Shown: positions 59,353 through 64,000 of the stretch, one piece after another
Layout: each line of letters starts with the position of its first letter
Numbering within the stretch: position 1 is the stretch's first letter
Source of the DNA: an uncultured Solirubrobacterales bacterium
GTDB lineage: Bacteria > Actinomycetota > Thermoleophilia > Solirubrobacterales > Solirubrobacteraceae
Direction of reading: 5' to 3'
Length of the DNA: 64,000 bases
NCBI GenBank assembly: GCA_963714115.1
Contig: OY970232.1
Span: forward strand, 3,625,997-3,689,996
Translations under genes and position numbers: made by a program
The notes under the pieces: generated by a model
What the model saw: the letters and a program-made list of their open reading frames with translations, nothing else
Databases searched by the model: none
What the model was told of the DNA's origin: nothing

Positions 59353-59772
59353 GTGCTGCTGCTCGACAACTCGGCGTGGGCGCGCCTGCTCCAAGGTGTC
59401 GTGCCCAGGGATCGCGCGAAAACGATCGGTGACTGGATGGCCCAGCGCGAGATCGCGGTCTGCATGCCGTTCCTCCTGGAGGCCGGCTACTCGGCGCGAT
59501 CAGCCATCAGGCATCGAGAAATGATGGTCAAATTCGATCGCCTGCCCCGAATTGCGATCGACGGGGAGGTCGAGCGCATGGCGTTGCAGGCACAACGAGA
59601 GCTCGCCGGGATCGGCCACCACCGCCTCGCGCCGATGGACGTGATGATCGCCGCGTGCGCGCACAGGGCAGAAGCCGGCGTGCTGCACTACGACGGCGAC
59701 TACGACCTCCTCGCCGAGCACACGAGCCTCGTGTTCGAGAGCGAGTGGCTGGCCGCGTCGGGCACACTTTGA
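59353..59772 (+). CDS. VapC-type PIN-domain toxin
   Basis: LLDNSAW, LLEAGYSAR, DVMIAACA, VLHYDGDYD. Confidence 0.88.
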   Translation: MLLLDNSAWARLLQGVVPRDRAKTIGDWMAQREIAVCMPFLLEAGYSARSAIRHREMMVKFDRLPRIAIDGEVERMALQAQRELAGIGHHRLAPMDVMIAACAHRAEAGVLHYDGDYDLLAEHTSLVFESEWLAASGTL

Positions 59773-59841
59773 TCGCCGGCAGTTGCGCCGCGCCGGTGCT
59801 CCTCCAGGGGCGCCGGGGTCGGATTGCGGCCCCATCAGGCA

Positions 59842-61002
59842 TCACCCGATCTGATAGGTGCGCTCCTGCTCCCACAGCAGCTGCCAGAAGCGTTGCGGCA
59901 TCGCCGAGAGGACGCGCTCGCGCATGAACAGCCCCACCGGGTGCTTGACGTGCGAGAGTTTCGCCAGTTTCGCCGAGCGGTCCACGATCTGGCTCGTGCG
60001 GGGGATGCGCTTGCGCTCGTAGGAGTCGAGCGCCGCCTGGATCGCGCCGGGGCTGGAGAGGCTGCCCGCGGCAGACAGCTCGCGCCCGAGCACGACGCCG
60101 TCCTCGATCGCCATCCCCGCGCCCTGCCCCAGCGTCGGCGTCGTCGGATGCGCCGCGTCGCCGAGCAGCGTCACGCGCCCGTTGCGCCAGCGCTCGAGGG
60201 GCTTGCGGTCGTAGAGGTCCTGGCGGAAGAGCTGCCCCTCGGGGGTCGCTTCGATCACCTGCTGCACCTCCGCGGGCCAGCCGGCGAACGTGTTCAGCAG
60301 GTCCTGCTTGCGGCCGATCGGCGGGTCGATCGCGCCCTCGGGCCGGATCTGGCTGCCCCACCAGAAGAGTCGCTTGTCGACCGGGAACATCCCGAAGATC
60401 GAGGCCGGGCCGTACACCTGCTGGGCGAAGTTGCGCCCCAGGGATTTGTGCTCGTACTCGGGCAGCGCCCGCCACACCGTCGCGCCCGAGTACCGCGGCC
60501 TGCCGTCGCCGATCAGCTTCGCGCGGATCGCCGACTCCAGCCCGTCCGCCGCCACCAGCGCCGCGCCGCGCTCCTCGTGACCGTCGGCGAACAGCGCCGT
60601 GACGCTGCTCGCATCCTGGCGGAAGCCGACGCACTCCATGCCGCAGTGGACGATGCCCAAGTCACCGACGGCACGCGCGAGTATCTCCAGCAACTCCCCG
60701 CGATGGACTGCGACGACCTCGCCGTGCCACGGAACCGCCGCCAGCGTGCGCCCGTCGCGCCAGGAGAGCAGCCGCAGCGCCTCGAACCCGGGCCCCGAGA
60801 TCCCTCGCAGCTCATCGCGGAGTCCCAGCATCGAAAGCGCCTGCGCCGCAACGCGCTGGATCCCCACGCCCGTGCCCAGCTCCCGCAGCTCGGGCTGGCG
60901 CTCGAAGACCTCGACGGGGACCCCGCCGGCTTTGAGCGCGGCCGCGGCCGTGAGGCCGCCGATACCGCCGCCGATCACCAGCACCCGTTCGGAGTCCTGC
61001 AT
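59842..61002 (-). CDS. FAD-dependent monooxygenase (third paralog)
   Basis: VIGGGIGG, VAADGLES, LLGDAAHPTTPTLGQGA..AIEDG. Confidence 0.9.
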   Translation of the reverse strand: MQDSERVLVIGGGIGGLTAAAALKAGGVPVEVFERQPELRELGTGVGIQRVAAQALSMLGLRDELRGISGPGFEALRLLSWRDGRTLAAVPWHGEVVAVHRGELLEILARAVGDLGIVHCGMECVGFRQDASSVTALFADGHEERGAALVAADGLESAIRAKLIGDGRPRYSGATVWRALPEYEHKSLGRNFAQQVYGPASIFGMFPVDKRLFWWGSQIRPEGAIDPPIGRKQDLLNTFAGWPAEVQQVIEATPEGQLFRQDLYDRKPLERWRNGRVTLLGDAAHPTTPTLGQGAGMAIEDGVVLGRELSAAGSLSSPGAIQAALDSYERKRIPRTSQIVDRSAKLAKLSHVKHPVGLFMRERVLSAMPQRFWQLLWEQERTYQIG

Positions 61003-61013
61003 CGCGGCGGACT

Positions 61014-63089
61014 CTACTGGCCGCGGCTGGCAGGCAAGGTATCTCGATCCGCAGGAGCAAGGGGACCGTCGGCCCCGCTCCTATCTAGGCCGGTCGAGGA
61101 ATCGCCCCTTCGGGAGCGCAGCGCGAGGTGCCCGATGCCACACGGGACCTCAGCCTCCGCGTCGGGGTTCCCGGGGTGGAGGTCGAGCAGGGTGCTCAGC
61201 AGCAGCAGCGGGGTTCCCGCCGCCCATGCCTGGGGGCGCGAGGCCGTGGGGAACGCCACGGGGACCGATGTCACCGACGCGGGGTAGCCGGCGAAGACCT
61301 CGGGCAGGCGGTGCTCGAAGTACGGTGCCGCCTTCAGGATCGTGGAGGCGATGGTGCTCGCCGCCTCGCGGTGGCCGTAGCGCGCGAGGCCGGCGGCGAT
61401 CAGCGAGTTCTCGTGGGGCCACACGGTCCCGGTGTGGTAGCCGAGCGGGTTGTAGCCGGCCTCGTGGGTGCCGAGGGTGCGCACGCCCCAGCCGGAGTAG
61501 AGCTGCTCGTCGAGCAGCCGCTCGGCGGTCGCGGCCGCCTCGGCCTCGTCCAGGATGCCCGACCACAGCAGATGGCCGATGTTGGAGGTCAGGCTGTCCA
61601 CCTGACGCTTCTCGCCGTCCAGCGCAAGGGCGTGGCAGTCACGCTCGGGCATCCAGAAGTCGCGGCGGAAGTGTTCGCGCAGGACCGCCGCCTGGCGCTC
61701 GAGGCGCTCGGCGAGCGCCGGATCGCCCCACACCTCGCGAGCCAGACGGGCGCAGCGGCGGCGTGCGTCGTATACGTAGCCCTGGATCTCGCAGGTCGCG
61801 ATCGGCCCGCGAGCCAGCGTGCCGTCGGCGCGCTGGATCGCGTCCCAGCTGTCCTTCCAGCACTGGTTGACCAGCCCGGTGGCGTGGTTGCGGCAGGCGT
61901 ACTCGACGTACCCGTCGCCGTCGGCGTCACCGCTGTCCTCGATCCAGGCCAGGGCGGCCCGAGCGCCCGGCTCCAGGATGCGCACGAGCTCCGTGTCGCC
62001 CGACCAGCGGTGGTACTCGTCCAGGAGGATGAGGAACAGGGGTGTGGCGTCGGCGCTCCCGTAGTACGGGGAGTGCGGGCGCTCCCCTCGCGCGGTGAGC
62101 TCGCCGAAGCGCAGCTCGTGCAGGATCTTGCCGGGCTCCTGTTCGTGGAAGTCGTCGCGGCCCGTGGCCTGGCGGGCGGCCAGCACGCGCAGGGTGGTGG
62201 CGGCCAGCTCGGGGAGGTAGGGCAGCGCCTGGAAGCTCGTGATCAGGCTGTCGCGGCCGAAGAGCGCCATGAACCACGGCAGCCCCGCCGCGGGGAGGGT
62301 CGCGCCCTCGCTGAGATCGGGGTGCAGCCGCAGCGCGCCGAGGTCGCTGAGGCTCGCTCGGTACGTGCGCGCCAGCGCCATGTCCTGGGTCTGCAACAGC
62401 GGCGCCCCTGCCAGCCACTGCTCGAGCTCGGCCGCCTTGGAGGCGCTCAGCTGCGCCAGGCTGCCGCGCTGCTCGCGCCGCGCGAAGGCGACCCCCGGCT
62501 GGGCGGCGTGGGGCGTGAGGGTGAAGGTGGTCGACCACTGCTCGCCGGGCGCGAGCCGCAGCGAGTAGGCGAAGCCCCGGCGGGTGACCGTCGCGGCGCG
62601 GCTCGAGGCAATCGTGAGCGAGCGCTTGAAGCCCGTGCGCTCGTAGGCCAGCGTGAGGGACCCGTCGTCGTGGTGGCAGCTCACCTCGCGTTTGGCCACC
62701 ACGCCGTCCTTGACCTCGAACAGGTCGGCGAAGTCGGCCTCGACCTCCAGTGCGAGCCGCATCTCGCTGTGCGCGTGGCGGTGGTTGGTCACGGTGACCT
62801 CCTCGATCCACAGGTGATCGACGAGCCGGCGGCGCATGATCGAGCACGGCGCCTCCTCGTCGGGCCCCACGCGGGGGGTCAGGAAGAACTGCGCGGCGTA
62901 GTGCGCGCTCTGGTCGAGGCCGAGCAGCTCCAGCGGCGTCTCGCCGACGCGCAGGACCCAGCGTGAGAGGAAGCGGGTGTCCTCGCAATAGAAGCCGTGC
63001 TCGCGGCCCGCGTCGATCCGCACGTCGCCGTGGCGGTCCCCGACGACGAAGGTGCTGCCGTCCAGGACGCTCAGGGTGCGCTCAGACAA
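61014..63089 (-). CDS. Amylo-alpha-1,6-glucosidase / glycogen debranching family protein
   Basis: DTRFLSR, AAGLPWFMALFGRDSLI, EQEPGKILHE.R, YYGSADAT, NQCWKDS, YHTGTVWPHEN, PQAWAA. Confidence 0.9.
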   Translation of the reverse strand: MSERTLSVLDGSTFVVGDRHGDVRIDAGREHGFYCEDTRFLSRWVLRVGETPLELLGLDQSAHYAAQFFLTPRVGPDEEAPCSIMRRRLVDHLWIEEVTVTNHRHAHSEMRLALEVEADFADLFEVKDGVVAKREVSCHHDDGSLTLAYERTGFKRSLTIASSRAATVTRRGFAYSLRLAPGEQWSTTFTLTPHAAQPGVAFARREQRGSLAQLSASKAAELEQWLAGAPLLQTQDMALARTYRASLSDLGALRLHPDLSEGATLPAAGLPWFMALFGRDSLITSFQALPYLPELAATTLRVLAARQATGRDDFHEQEPGKILHELRFGELTARGERPHSPYYGSADATPLFLILLDEYHRWSGDTELVRILEPGARAALAWIEDSGDADGDGYVEYACRNHATGLVNQCWKDSWDAIQRADGTLARGPIATCEIQGYVYDARRRCARLAREVWGDPALAERLERQAAVLREHFRRDFWMPERDCHALALDGEKRQVDSLTSNIGHLLWSGILDEAEAAATAERLLDEQLYSGWGVRTLGTHEAGYNPLGYHTGTVWPHENSLIAAGLARYGHREAASTIASTILKAAPYFEHRLPEVFAGYPASVTSVPVAFPTASRPQAWAAGTPLLLLSTLLDLHPGNPDAEAEVPCGIGHLALRSRRGDSSTGLDRSGADGPLAPADRDTLPASRGQ

Positions 63090-64000
63090 GCGCGGCGACC
63101 TCCGCTATGCGCCGGTGCATCACTGACCGGTAGGTCCGCTCGTAGGCGGCGGCGACGACGTCGACGTCGCAGTGCTCGGCGACCCACGCCCGGCAGTCCC
63201 GCGGGGCGATCCGGGGCAGGCGGGCGACCGCAGCGCCCATCGCCCGCTCGTCCTCGACCAGAAAGCCGGTCCGCCCGTCGCAGACGAGCTCGCGGGCGGC
63301 GCCTTCTGCAAACGCGATCACCGGGGTCCCGCAGGCCAGCGCCTCGACCATGACCATCCCGAAGGGCTCCTCCCAGCGGATCGGCATCAGCAGCGCGCGG
63401 GCACCCGCGAAGGCCGCGCGCTTGGCCGACCCACCGATCTCTCCGAGGAAGCGCACGCGCTCGCCGTCGATGTGCGGTGCGACCTCCCGGTCGAAGAACG
63501 CCTGCTGGCCGGGCTGAATGACCCCGGCCAGCACGAGCGGCACGCCCGCCGCACGAGCCGCCGCGATCGCGCGGTGGGGACCCTTCTCGGCGGTCATCCT
63601 CCCAATCCACAGCAGGTAGTCCTCCTTGTGCTCACGCAGCGGCCAGGCCCGCACGTCGATGGGGTTCGGGGTCGCACCCACCGGCTCCACGCCGCTCGGC
63701 GCCGACGCGAGCTGCGCGCGGCTGATACCCACGAGCGCAGCCTTGTGGCCATGGCGGGCGTAGAAGGCCGCGGTACTGGTGGTGAACTGCCCGTGCAGGG
63801 TGTGCACGAGCGGCGTGTCGAGGCGGTCGGCCATCGCGAGCGCGGTGAAGCCGCAATGGTCGTGAACCACGTCGAAGGGCTCCTCGTGGGCGGCGAGGTC
63901 GATCTGCTCAAACGCCCGCGCGACGTGGTCGACCTCATACAGCGAACGCTCGATCTCCTCGGGGTGGGCCTCCTCGAGCAGAGGCACTACCCGCGCGCTC
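63082..64000 (-). CDS. Glycosyltransferase family 4 (5' part beyond the window)
   Basis: DVVHDH, VHTLH, WIGRMTAEKG, PIRWEEPFGMVMVEALACGTPV. Confidence 0.9.
   Translation of the reverse strand, partial: SARVVPLLEEAHPEEIERSLYEVDHVARAFEQIDLAAHEEPFDVVHDHCGFTALAMADRLDTPLVHTLHGQFTTSTAAFYARHGHKAALVGISRAQLASAPSGVEPVGATPNPIDVRAWPLREHKEDYLLWIGRMTAEKGPHRAIAAARAAGVPLVLAGVIQPGQQAFFDREVAPHIDGERVRFLGEIGGSAKRAAFAGARALLMPIRWEEPFGMVMVEALACGTPVIAFAEGAARELVCDGRTGFLVEDERAMGAAVARLPRIAPRDCRAWVAEHCDVDVVAAAYERTYRSVMHRRIAEVAALV

Overview
High-GC actinobacterial window. The protein styles (DprA with an N-terminal CxxC-RRAWLL motif, YVYGGGH-type NlpC/P60, VSCxSxSLC-repeat secreted proteins) suggest Thermoleophilia/Solirubrobacterales; this is inference, not a search result. 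Layout: (1) 1-4 kb cell-wall hydrolase, comM/yifB and dprA; (2) 3.9-9.1 kb two large repeat-rich secreted proteins; (3) 9.5-11.6 kb fluoride riboswitch-crcB-crcB-DUF190; (4) tRNA-Gly(GCC) followed by a decayed lower-GC island with an integrase-like scrap and a deleted ECF sigma/anti-sigma pair (11.8-15.4 kb); (5) a ~40 kb type II (aromatic) polyketide cluster at 15.5-55.4 kb; (6) 55.4-59.8 kb two VapBC-like modules and an A-rich triple-repeat secreted protein around a degenerate duplicate of the pta 3' end; (7) a third FAD monooxygenase, a glycogen-debranching-type enzyme and a partial GT4. The cluster has WhiE/Tcm-type KS, CLF, ACP and cyclases, many ABM-fold proteins, a flavin halogenase, and its own precursor pathway (phosphoketolase, Pta, full ACC, carbonic anhydrase, FabD). 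I recognise no transcription factor in it. Instead it carries an apparent post-translational control layer: a class III nucleotide cyclase divergent from the PKS core, two cNMP-binding enzyme fusions, three FHA-fused ABC exporter subunits, a membrane peptide with six copies of the Thr motif that follows those FHA domains, and Gly-Pro low-complexity tracts on three unrelated enzymes. All family assignments come from motifs read by eye; no database search was run.
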